Shown: positions 17,946 through 26,070 of the stretch, one piece after another
How the letters are laid out: each line of letters opens with the position of its first letter
Numbering within the stretch: the first letter of the stretch is position 1
Origin: Candidatus Nanoarchaeia archaeon
Lineage (GTDB): Archaea > Nanobdellota > Nanobdellia > Pacearchaeales > GW2011-AR1
DNA: 64,000 nucleotides
Reading direction: 5' to 3'
Assembly: GCA_041501125.1 (NCBI GenBank)
Contig: JBGQNO010000001.1
Span: 37,981-101,980 of the forward strand
Translations under genes and position numbers: made by a program
The notes under the pieces: generated by a model
What the model saw: the letters and a program-made list of their open reading frames with translations, nothing else
The model's database searches: none
Told to the model about the DNA's origin: nothing

Positions 17946-20543
17946 TTATTTTTCTCTTTTTTCCTTTATCTGCTTGTACACTCGCTTCAAAAACTCAATC
18001 TTGTCCTCCATTTTCAGCAAATCCATCCTGCCCTGCATTATAAGATTCAGGGAAAACGGCGAAGGAATGCCTGTCTGCACGAATTTAATCTTGATTCTTC
18101 CATCTTTAATCAAATCAACAATCTTTTTTGCATTTTCAATGTCCATTACATCTTCAAGAACTTCTCTTCTTGCTTCTTTTAGTATTGGAAATTCTCCGGA
18201 AATTCTTTTTATAGCATCAAGAATAAAGCCAGACTTGACCTGCTGCCTTCCGACAGAATTTGTTCTGCCCTTGTAATTCCTGAGAATCATCAATGCCCGT
18301 GTCGCGCAATGCCTGAACCTTCTTTTCAGTATTTCTGTCCTGTCAATTGCTTCCTTCAAAACCTCATCAAGATTCTCGCTTGCTAAAAATTTCAGTGCTT
18401 TCTCAATTTTCTGCCTGTCAACATTTTCCCCTGAAACAAAAAATCCATTGTCATTGATTCCAATTTCAATATCCCTGGAGCCAATCCTTGAAACAAGGAA
18501 TGCAAAAGCTCTTGACAGCGCGTCATTAACCCGCCTGCCATAGAGTGTATGGAAAATAAAATAATCCTTGTCTCCTTTGTAATTCTCAACAATAATCTCT
18601 TTCAGTGAAGGAATTCCAATATAATTTTGCTGCTCTTCAAAATACTCATAAATCTCCTTGACACTCTTGTCATGAACATAGCAATGTTGTTTAATAAACT
18701 CCTTGATTTCACATGGACTTAGTTTTTTATGAAATTTTTCTTTAACCAGCTCCCTGAATCTCAATATTTCCAAAGCAAGGTCAAAACTTAATGGCAGCAT
18801 CTCTGAAAACCAGCTCGGAATAGTCGGTGCTCGTTGCACACTTCCCCGGACATATGCATTCATGCCTCTAGTATAAAGAAACTCATACCTCTCGCCTCCA
18901 AGCACAAAAACATCCCGTGGTTTTAATTTCTCGGCAAATGCCTCATCTATCGCTCCAACTTTATGCCCTTTTCTTTCTCCACCAGCAATCACCACATTAA
19001 CAAAAGACTCATCCGGAATTGTTCCAATATTAGTCATATAAATGACTCTTGCAAGCTTTCCCCTCTTTCCAATCTGTTTTGTTTCAGAGTCATACCATAT
19101 CTTTGCATACACATTTTTAGCTTCAAGAGCATACTCTCCTGCAAGATAACTTATTACTCCAAGGAACTCTGCCTTGCTCAAATCCTTGTAAGAATAACAC
19201 CCTTTAATCAGTTCATAGAGCTTGTCAATGTCCCACACCTGATAGATTGCCATGCCAAAAATCTGCTGGCTCAAGACATCCAAGCAATTCTTTGGAATAA
19301 ACACCCGGTCAATCTTCCTTTCTATAATTGCTTTCTTTATTATGCAGCATTCTACAAGATCATCCTTGTCTAAAACAACAAATCTTCCTATTGCAGTATC
19401 ATGAAGTTTGTGCCCTGCTCTTCCTATTCTTTGCATTGCCCTTGAAACAGCCTTCGGACTTCCAAGCAGTATAACAAGGTCAATATATCCAATATCAATT
19501 CCAAGCTCTAAGCTGGTTGAGGTTACAACAACTTTAAGTTTTCCTTCACGCAATCTTTGTTCAATGTCAAACCTTGCATCCTTGCTTAAGGATGAATGAT
19601 GTGCACCTATGTTTGCAATATACTTTGCCGGAAACATCTCCTTTAGATGGTGGATAACTCTTTCAGTCGCGCTTCTTGTGTTTGTAAAAATAACAGTAGT
19701 CTTATGCTCCTGGACAAGTCTGTCAATCAAGCCATAAAGTGAACTGTGCATCTCCAAGCCAGTCGTGTCCAAAAGACTTTCCACAGGTGTAAGAACATCT
19801 AAATCAAGTTTCTTGTCAAATTTTGCATCAGCCACAAGGCACTCTTTTGTTGAGCCAACCAGGAACTTTGCCATCTCATCCAAAGGGGCAATAGTAGCAG
19901 ACAATCCAATCCTTACAGGAGTAATCTTGCTGATGTGCTGCAGCCACTCTAGACTAAGGCTTAAATGAACCCCTCGTTTGTTTGCAAGCGCATGTAGTTC
20001 ATCAACAATAACAAACTCAACACTCTCAAGTTTCTCAGCAAACTTCTTAGAGATAAGAATAATTCCAAGACTCTCAGGTGTAGTTACTAAAATATGAGGG
20101 GTATTCTTGGTCATTTTCTGCCTTTCAGAAGTGCTTGTGTCACCTGTTCTAAGCCCGACTCGTATCTTTTGAAGTTTTATTCCTTTTTTCTCAGCCAGTT
20201 CATTAATCTGTTTCAAAGGAGTTTCCAGATTAACATAAATATCATTGCTTAGGGCCTTCAAAGGCGAGATATACACTGCATAAACCTTGTCTTCAAGTTC
20301 TTGTCTCTCAGCCAAGCTGACAAGATAATTAATAATGCTTAAAAACGATGTAAGAGTTTTTGTTCCTCCTGTAGGAGCTGAAATCAGAATGTTCTTTCTT
20401 TCATGAACAGGCATTACACCATAGAGCTGTGGTATGCTGAACTTCTCAAATCTCGAAAAGAACCACTCATTCACAAGAGGGTGCATAATTCCAATTATCT
20501 CTTTTGGTTCCCTAAGCTTAGCTTCTCCAATTTTCCAATCCAT
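17946..20543 (-). CDS. lhr: Lhr-core SF2 helicase
   Basis: YISPLKAL, TTPESL, DELH, LSAT, HHSSL, SLELGIDIG, QRIGRAGH, IPSWFSE, SPFS. Confidence 0.92.
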   Translation of the reverse strand: MDWKIGEAKLREPKEIIGIMHPLVNEWFFSRFEKFSIPQLYGVMPVHERKNILISAPTGGTKTLTSFLSIINYLVSLAERQELEDKVYAVYISPLKALSNDIYVNLETPLKQINELAEKKGIKLQKIRVGLRTGDTSTSERQKMTKNTPHILVTTPESLGIILISKKFAEKLESVEFVIVDELHALANKRGVHLSLSLEWLQHISKITPVRIGLSATIAPLDEMAKFLVGSTKECLVADAKFDKKLDLDVLTPVESLLDTTGLEMHSSLYGLIDRLVQEHKTTVIFTNTRSATERVIHHLKEMFPAKYIANIGAHHSSLSKDARFDIEQRLREGKLKVVVTSTSLELGIDIGYIDLVILLGSPKAVSRAMQRIGRAGHKLHDTAIGRFVVLDKDDLVECCIIKKAIIERKIDRVFIPKNCLDVLSQQIFGMAIYQVWDIDKLYELIKGCYSYKDLSKAEFLGVISYLAGEYALEAKNVYAKIWYDSETKQIGKRGKLARVIYMTNIGTIPDESFVNVVIAGGERKGHKVGAIDEAFAEKLKPRDVFVLGGERYEFLYTRGMNAYVRGSVQRAPTIPSWFSEMLPLSFDLALEILRFRELVKEKFHKKLSPCEIKEFIKQHCYVHDKSVKEIYEYFEEQQNYIGIPSLKEIIVENYKGDKDYFIFHTLYGRRVNDALSRAFAFLVSRIGSRDIEIGINDNGFFVSGENVDRQKIEKALKFLASENLDEVLKEAIDRTEILKRRFRHCATRALMILRNYKGRTNSVGRQQVKSGFILDAIKRISGEFPILKEARREVLEDVMDIENAKKIVDLIKDGRIKIKFVQTGIPSPFSLNLIMQGRMDLLKMEDKIEFLKRVYKQIKEKREK

Positions 20544-20595
20544 TTTAACAAAGAATCCTTTCGCATCTTATTAGCCTTTTGTGTTGCTTATAAAG

Positions 20596-21087
20596 TTAAT
20601 GATATACCCTTTTGCAATCAAATCTTGTCAATTTTTCTTTAGAATACTGCAATATAACTTCAAATACCCCTTCCTGCTGCCCTATTAAATCAAAGATTTT
20701 CCTGTCTCCCTCGTACATTCTTATTTTTGAAATTTCAGAATTTGTAACCCAAACAAGTTTGTCTTCAGGCCTTTCTTCTTTCAATCTCCCGTTAAAGGCA
20801 CTAGCATCATAAAATTCTACTCTCCAGTCTTCAGGATTTTCTTTTCCATTCAAAACCCTGCCCCTGTTAAAGAACGTTGCAATCACCCTAAGCCGAGGAT
20901 CCATCAGCCTTAAGCCAGTCTCTTCTTTAATCTCTCGGATTATGCAATCAATACTCCTTTCACCTTCTTCCAATGTCCCGCCAGGAGCAACATAATACCC
21001 TTGGTGAATGTCCTCTTTATCCCGATTTCTATAAAGGAAAAGTGTTATTCCCCCGCTTGTCAAGAAGCACGCTGTCCCATTTTTCAT
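20596..21087 (-). CDS. NUDIX hydrolase (8-oxo-dGTPase-like)
   Basis: Nudix box GGTLEEGERSIDCIIREIKEETGL. Confidence 0.88.
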   Translation of the reverse strand: MKNGTACFLTSGGITLFLYRNRDKEDIHQGYYVAPGGTLEEGERSIDCIIREIKEETGLRLMDPRLRVIATFFNRGRVLNGKENPEDWRVEFYDASAFNGRLKEERPEDKLVWVTNSEISKIRMYEGDRKIFDLIGQQEGVFEVILQYSKEKLTRFDCKRVYH

Positions 21088-21169
21088 AACTACTGCAAAA
21101 TCTCAGAGTTTTTAATTTTTTATGTGTTTTTACACATATATTTAAAAAGATATTCGGTATTAATTTTCT

Positions 21170-21433
21170 ATGAAGCTCAGCCAAGTAAAAAAAGACAAGA
21201 TTTCAGAGCAGATTCTATCGCATCTTTATCACATCTATCCACAATCTAGGTTTACTGCTGAGATTGCAAGAGAGCTTGCCCGCGATGAAGAATTCATTAA
21301 AGCCCTTATGTTAGAGTTGCAGAAGAAAAGCCTGGTCACAGCAATCAAGAAAAACCCTGCAGGAATAGATTATGAAAGAAGAATCAAATGGAGACTGTCA
21401 AATAATAGTTATTCTGCATATAAATCTTTATAA
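21170..21433 (+). CDS. Small winged-helix protein
   Basis: FTAEIARELARDEEFIKALMLELQKKSLV HTH plus wing RRIKWRL. Confidence 0.75.
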   Translation: MKLSQVKKDKISEQILSHLYHIYPQSRFTAEIARELARDEEFIKALMLELQKKSLVTAIKKNPAGIDYERRIKWRLSNNSYSAYKSL

Positions 21434-21455
21434 AAAACACTTCAAGTAAGATTAG

Positions 21456-22121
21456 ATGAACGAGCTAAGAGAAGCTTTTAAGAAAGTAAAGGAGGACATT
21501 CTTCTGCTGAATGACGAAGTCAGCACATTAAAAGACGCTTTCTCAGACATTGGTGTTAAGCTGGATGAAATATCCAGAAAGACAGATATTCTGCAGACTA
21601 AACCAACATACACTCCAACACATCCTTCTTATGAAACAGCAACTCCGACACATACTCCAACAGTTCCACAGGCAACAGGGGGGTTAAAACCCCAGTTTAC
21701 CAGTATCTCCATAGGAAATGAAGGGGTTCCAACAGACAGACAGGCAAACCAACAGACAGGCATCCAACAGATAATTAAACAAGAAAACGCCCTGGAAAGA
21801 GCCCATGAAATACTAGACTCTTTAGACAGTCTTAAGAAAGAAGTTCGCATTAAATTCAAGAGACTTACTGAGCAGGAGATTAAGATATTCTCCTTAATCT
21901 ACCAGCTCGACGCTGACGGAGAAATGGTTGATTATAAGCTGCTCTCCCAAAGGACCGGACTTTCAGAATCTTCAATCCGGGATTATGCCCATAAAATCAT
22001 TCAAAAAGGAATCCCGATTTTCAAGGAAAAACTTAATAATAAGCAGATAATATTACATGTATCCCAGGATCTCAGAAAAATTGCATCCCTTGACACGATT
22101 TTGAAGCTCCGCGAAATCTAG
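21456..22121 (+). CDS. Coiled-coil/low-complexity linker/winged-HTH protein A
   Basis: N-terminal heptads, TPT-rich linker, C-terminal LTEQE...YKLLSQRTGLSESSIRDY HTH. Confidence 0.8.
   Translation: MNELREAFKKVKEDILLLNDEVSTLKDAFSDIGVKLDEISRKTDILQTKPTYTPTHPSYETATPTHTPTVPQATGGLKPQFTSISIGNEGVPTDRQANQQTGIQQIIKQENALERAHEILDSLDSLKKEVRIKFKRLTEQEIKIFSLIYQLDADGEMVDYKLLSQRTGLSESSIRDYAHKIIQKGIPIFKEKLNNKQIILHVSQDLRKIASLDTILKLREI
21603..21769 (+). repeat. Seven CC(A/G)ACA hexamers / CCAACAGACAG iteron-like repeats
   Basis: Copies at 21603, 21615, 21645, 21657, 21729, 21749, 21764, in two different reading frames. Confidence 0.7.
21663..21728 (+). promoter_or_regulatory. Two tandem ORB-like boxes inside the gene A coding sequence
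   Basis: GTTCCACAGGCAACAGGGGGGTT (21663-21685) and TCTCCATAGGAAATGAAGGGGTT (21706-21728); 15/21 and 16/21 identity to the two oriC ORBs. Confidence 0.65.
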
Positions 22122-22456
22122 TATTTTACCGTCGATAAAACACCTTTTTCCAGCATCAAAGACAAAAATTTAGAATAAGACATTCGTTTAAACGAAAATC
22201 TATTTACTTCTGCCTCTTCTTCAATTCCCACATCGTTTTATGCATTTCCCACGATGTTTGACATTCTTTTTCAAGCAAATTTTTATGCTTATTCTGCATT
22301 TAAAACGAACCTTTGTAACCTCACAAGTTCACCTTAATTTTAACTCTCTCTTCTGGAATCTTTCAACCGCAGCACTCTTTTAGTATGTCTTTTGCCTTCA
22401 TGTCTCTCATATTTCTGCACTCACTTCTTTTTCTTGATGGTTTTACCCTCGTCTTC

Positions 22457-23071
22457 CTAATCTTTCCTGTCTTTTTTACCATTCCTAACTCTCACTTTTA
22501 CACTTTTTAGCATTCTTTCTTTAACATCATCAGGCACAAATACCCTCTTTTTACCGTTTTTCTCTATTATTTCCTCAATCATGCCCTCACTTTTCTGTTT
22601 GATAGCATTTACCTGCCCCCTAATCGTAGCTCTGCTTTTTCCTAGCATCACAGCAAGGTCATCGTAACTCAACTTTAGATCAGAGTTTAACATGATGGCA
22701 AACAACGCGCGCTCCATCATTGAAAAACTATCTAAAACACCTGTTTGAACAGGTGTTTGAACAGGTATTTGAACAGCTTCAACAGCCCGCTGTTGCTTCA
22801 AAACAGCCCTGGGTGTTTTAAACAGCTGTTTAACCACCCTCTCGTCAGCCATAGACATCACATCTTTTAGGCTTTCCAGTTCGCGTTTTATCGTCGACAA
22901 ATCATCTTTGACGCTGTTTATATCTTCCTGATGGCCCTGGTCCTGTTTATGCAGGTGTTTTATCCAGCTGCCAATCTTATCAATGTCATCTTTGACTAAA
23001 GAAAAACTATTCTGAACATCCTCTTCAAGCTTCTCAACACTCTTTTTCTTTCCAAACAACCAATCAAACAT
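22457..23071 (-). CDS. Coiled-coil/repeat linker/winged-HTH protein B (paralog of A)
   Basis: SFSLVKDDI heptads, VQIPVQTPVQT linker, LSYDDLAVMLGKSRATIRGQV HTH. Confidence 0.8.
   Translation of the reverse strand: MFDWLFGKKKSVEKLEEDVQNSFSLVKDDIDKIGSWIKHLHKQDQGHQEDINSVKDDLSTIKRELESLKDVMSMADERVVKQLFKTPRAVLKQQRAVEAVQIPVQTPVQTGVLDSFSMMERALFAIMLNSDLKLSYDDLAVMLGKSRATIRGQVNAIKQKSEGMIEEIIEKNGKKRVFVPDDVKERMLKSVKVRVRNGKKDRKD
22735..22831. repeat. Tandem 12-bp quasi-palindromic AAACASSTGTTT boxes inside gene B
   Basis: aaacacctgttt 22735, gaacaggtgttt 22747, gaacaggtattt 22759, aaacagctgttt 22820. Confidence 0.75.
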
Positions 23072-23178
23072 GTAATCTAATCAGATTTAATCTTTATAAA
23101 CATTACGTCTCCGACGTCACTACTCAATATTTCGACGCTAAAATAAGCATAGATTCGGCATCGGAAATAAGGGTGTTT

Positions 23179-23242
23179 AACCAGTCTTTTCCAAAACAAA
23201 CACCTGTTTAAACCAGTCATTTTTAAAACAAACACCTGTTTA
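23179..23242. repeat. 32-bp tandem direct repeat (29/32 identical), each unit containing AAACACCTGTTT
   Basis: aaccagtcttttccaaaacaaacacctgttta / aaccagtcatttttaaaacaaacacctgttta, upstream of gene B. Confidence 0.85.
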
Positions 23243-23449
23243 AACAGCCCTAAACAGCGTTTATCGACGCTGACACCAAAAATACCCCATCTCCAACACT
23301 CCTAAACACCCCCAATAGAGCACCTTCCCGTCGCTATTTTTCAGGATTTTCCTCAATTATTTTTCTCAATTTGCAAGGAGAAAGGTTTTTAAACATCTCC
23401 GTCGTAGAGTAATCAATATATAATTAAATTAAAAAGGAGGATAAATAAA

Positions 23450-23617
23450 ATGGCAAAATTGACTGCATGGCTTGTAACCATTATCGGTGTTTTGTTACTG
23501 TTACCTTTGATCGGCGTAACTGCATTAGCTGGAATGAATGACTGGCTTATTGCAATAGCTGTAGTGGTAATCGGTATCGGCAAGCTCATGAGGAACTATA
23601 GCGCAAAAAGGAGATAA
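23450..23617 (+). CDS. 55-aa 2-TM membrane protein
   Basis: Not in ORF track: MAKLTAWLVTIIGVLLLLPLIGVTALAGMNDWLIAIAVVVIGIGKLMRNYSAKRR; AGGAGG SD. Confidence 0.8.
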   Translation: MAKLTAWLVTIIGVLLLLPLIGVTALAGMNDWLIAIAVVVIGIGKLMRNYSAKRR

Positions 23618-23654
23618 TTTTATTATTTCTTTTTTCTTTTTTTTATTATTTTTT
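23618..23654 (+). terminator. Oligo-T archaeal terminator
   Basis: Long T-rich tract immediately after stop codon. Confidence 0.6.
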
Positions 23655-23763
23655 GTCATTTTATCATGTCATTATAAGCTAAAACATCTAAGCGCTGATT
23701 AAAACTTTCAGCATGAATAAAAATCCAAAAAAGGTCATTTAAACCATTAAAAATTCATTAAAA

Positions 23764-23991
23764 ATGCTATCAAAATTCAGGACAGAATTCAAAAAACAGA
23801 CTCGTTTGGCAATAGCAGCTGCAATCGGATTCATAATTGCATTCGCCTGGAAAGATTATATAACAGCCACAGCCCAAAACTGGCTTTCAGGTTTCTCAGC
23901 ATTCTCAGGCCATATTCTTTTATCATCTGCAGTTCTTTTGACCTTGATTGGCACGATTCTGATTCTAATTGCCTCCTGGGCATTAGAGTAG
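23764..23991 (+). CDS. Small 2-TM protein (DUF5654-like)
   Basis: AAIGFIIAFAWKDYI motif. Confidence 0.65.
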   Translation: MLSKFRTEFKKQTRLAIAAAIGFIIAFAWKDYITATAQNWLSGFSAFSGHILLSSAVLLTLIGTILILIASWALE

Positions 23992-24108
23992 TCATTAGAA
24001 TAATAAGCTCGCTAAAACTTCCAGTCATCAGCAGAAAGTTTCAGCATGAGAAAAATTTCAAAAAATGCTTGTTTTCCAGCATAGAAATCATTAAAAACTT
24101 CAGAAAAG

Positions 24109-24486
24109 ATGAGAAATTTTATGAGAACGGGATATCTGGTGTTAGCATTAATGTTATTATACTTCTTAGCAGTATCCTACTTTTGGAATGCATATATTGC
24201 AGCATCTTTGATCTTGTTATTAGGCATTTCAAGTTTTATGATATCACATCCACATCCAATTAGTAAATTAGGTTTAGGCATAGGAATAGGAATATTTGCA
24301 GGATGGATAATTGCCCTTTATCAACATGTATCTTCTAAAGGGTATTCTTTCAATGGACCAGAAGTTGGCTTTTTCTTTGCAACATTTGTTGTGGCCATTA
24401 CATTAATTGCTTTTGATGCTAGGTCATATTCTAGGCAAAATTATCAAGTTAAAACCTTCAATCACCGCTTAAACCTTCCTGCATGA
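24109..24486 (+). CDS. Hypothetical membrane protein
   Basis: About 4 hydrophobic helices; start could be 24121. Confidence 0.6.
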   Translation: MRNFMRTGYLVLALMLLYFLAVSYFWNAYIAASLILLLGISSFMISHPHPISKLGLGIGIGIFAGWIIALYQHVSSKGYSFNGPEVGFFFATFVVAITLIAFDARSYSRQNYQVKTFNHRLNLPA

Positions 24487-24524
24487 GTATAAACCTCATC
24501 AAAAACCCAAAGTTTTAGGCTAAA

Positions 24525-24552
24525 ACTTCGCACAACATATATTGTGACTACC
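24525..24552. other. dif-like Xer recombination site
   Basis: ACTTCGCACAA-CATATA-TTGTGACTACC, 11-6-11 layout with inverted CACAA/TTGTG, 47 bp upstream of a xer gene; second left arm TGTTCGCACAA at 24581. Confidence 0.7.
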
Positions 24553-24599
24553 CTTGAATTTAACTAAAAATATATAAAGATGTTCGCACAATTTATCAT

Positions 24600-25442
24600 A
24601 TGGACAAAGAGGAGTTTCTTAAAAAGATTGAAGTAGAGCTGAAGATTTCTAAAAACTCAGTCTACACACTCAGAAACTATCTTGCTGCTAATACCCTGCT
24701 TCTTGACTATGTCAAAAAGAATCCAGATGAAATAACCTCTGATGATATCAAGCAGTACATGGCTGACAAGCTTTCTGACAAAGCCGCAGTTTCAGTTATT
24801 ATGTTTCTTGCAGCCATAAGATATGCCTATACAAACCTGCTGGAAAAAGACCCGACCTTAAATATTAAAAGGCCAAAAAAAGAAAAGAAACTGCCAGTTG
24901 TTCTTACCAAAGATGAAGTAAAACGATTGATGGCTGCAATCCAAAGTAAAAAAAGCAGGTTAATGGTAAGCCTGATGTATGCCTGTGGTTTAAGGGTGTC
25001 TGAGTTGCTTAGCCTTAAGCTACAGGACATTGACTTTAATGATAAAGTAGGATATACAAGGCAGTCAAAAGGCAAAAAAGACAGGGCTTTTAATATTCCA
25101 GAATTCATTTTTAAAGAACTCGAAGAGCAGTCAAAATCACAACAGGCAGAAGCAAAAGAATTTTTGTTTACAGGCCCAAAAGGCAGGCTTTCCTCAAGAA
25201 ATCTGCAAAAAATAGTCAGAAAAGCAGCAAAAAATGCAGGAATAAACAAGCCGGTTCATTGCCACACACTCCGGCATAGTTTTGCAACGCATTTGCTCGA
25301 GTCTGGCACAGATATAAGGTTAATCCAGGAGTTGCTTGGACACGAAGATCTTTCAACAACCCAGATTTACACCCATGTTTCTCGGGAAGAACTAAAGAAA
25401 GTCAAGTCTCCATTAGACAATTTAATGGCTGATGTAAAATGA
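24600..25442 (+). CDS. XerA/XerC-D-like tyrosine recombinase 1
   Basis: KKLPVVL, YACGLRVSEL, KGKKDR, HTLRHSFATHLLE, LLGHEDLSTTQIYTH. Confidence 0.93.
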   Translation: MDKEEFLKKIEVELKISKNSVYTLRNYLAANTLLLDYVKKNPDEITSDDIKQYMADKLSDKAAVSVIMFLAAIRYAYTNLLEKDPTLNIKRPKKEKKLPVVLTKDEVKRLMAAIQSKKSRLMVSLMYACGLRVSELLSLKLQDIDFNDKVGYTRQSKGKKDRAFNIPEFIFKELEEQSKSQQAEAKEFLFTGPKGRLSSRNLQKIVRKAAKNAGINKPVHCHTLRHSFATHLLESGTDIRLIQELLGHEDLSTTQIYTHVSREELKKVKSPLDNLMADVK

Positions 25443-26008
25443 GCATGCAGCAAAACAGCCTGTCTGAAAATTATAGATTTGTGGAAAAAGTTTTGGTTCA
25501 AGGTGATTCAAGATATCTTAATCCTTATCTTACGAAGATTCTTGCTTATTTTATTACAAAGAAAGCGGTGTCTATCAACGAGCGAGAAATTCAAAAAATT
25601 CAAGAGCCAAAAGAAAACGATTTGCATGAACTAACCAATCCTCAAAAATTAGCGAAATATATAGCAAAAACTCTTTTAATCAGCGAGGGCTTTTTAGATT
25701 CCGAAATATTTTTTGAAAGAAATTTTGGAGACAGCAGGCCAGACGTCTCTGCTTTAAATTCAAACAGGGAGATATTTGTTGAATGTTTTTCGTGCAGGAT
25801 TAACAAAGTAATAGATTATCTTTCTCAAGATAGAGAGGTGTGGGTTTTAACATCAGGTTCATACCCCTGGGATAAAAGTCCTCTTACTGAAAAAATTAAA
25901 CTCATTGAATTTAAAAAAGGACAAAACTGGGATTTAATATTTGATGAATACAAAGCAAAACAGAACAAAATGTTAGGTGATATAAAAAATCCTCTTGACA
26001 ATCTGTAG
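25439..26008 (+). CDS. Hypothetical protein, possible PD-(D/E)xK fold
   Basis: ATGA-coupled to xer; RPDVSA...IFVEC pattern. Confidence 0.55.
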   Translation: MSMQQNSLSENYRFVEKVLVQGDSRYLNPYLTKILAYFITKKAVSINEREIQKIQEPKENDLHELTNPQKLAKYIAKTLLISEGFLDSEIFFERNFGDSRPDVSALNSNREIFVECFSCRINKVIDYLSQDREVWVLTSGSYPWDKSPLTEKIKLIEFKKGQNWDLIFDEYKAKQNKMLGDIKNPLDNL

Positions 26009-26070
26009 TTTTATTTGTCTAATCACGCATTTCCAGACCTTCTGGCATAAGATTCCATATCTTTCCAAGA

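Noticed and set aside
22340..22410. 23-aa minus-strand ORF between genes A and B
   Set aside because: Too short, with no supporting signal.
23179..23242. CRISPR array
   Set aside because: Only two abutting units, no spacers and no cas genes.
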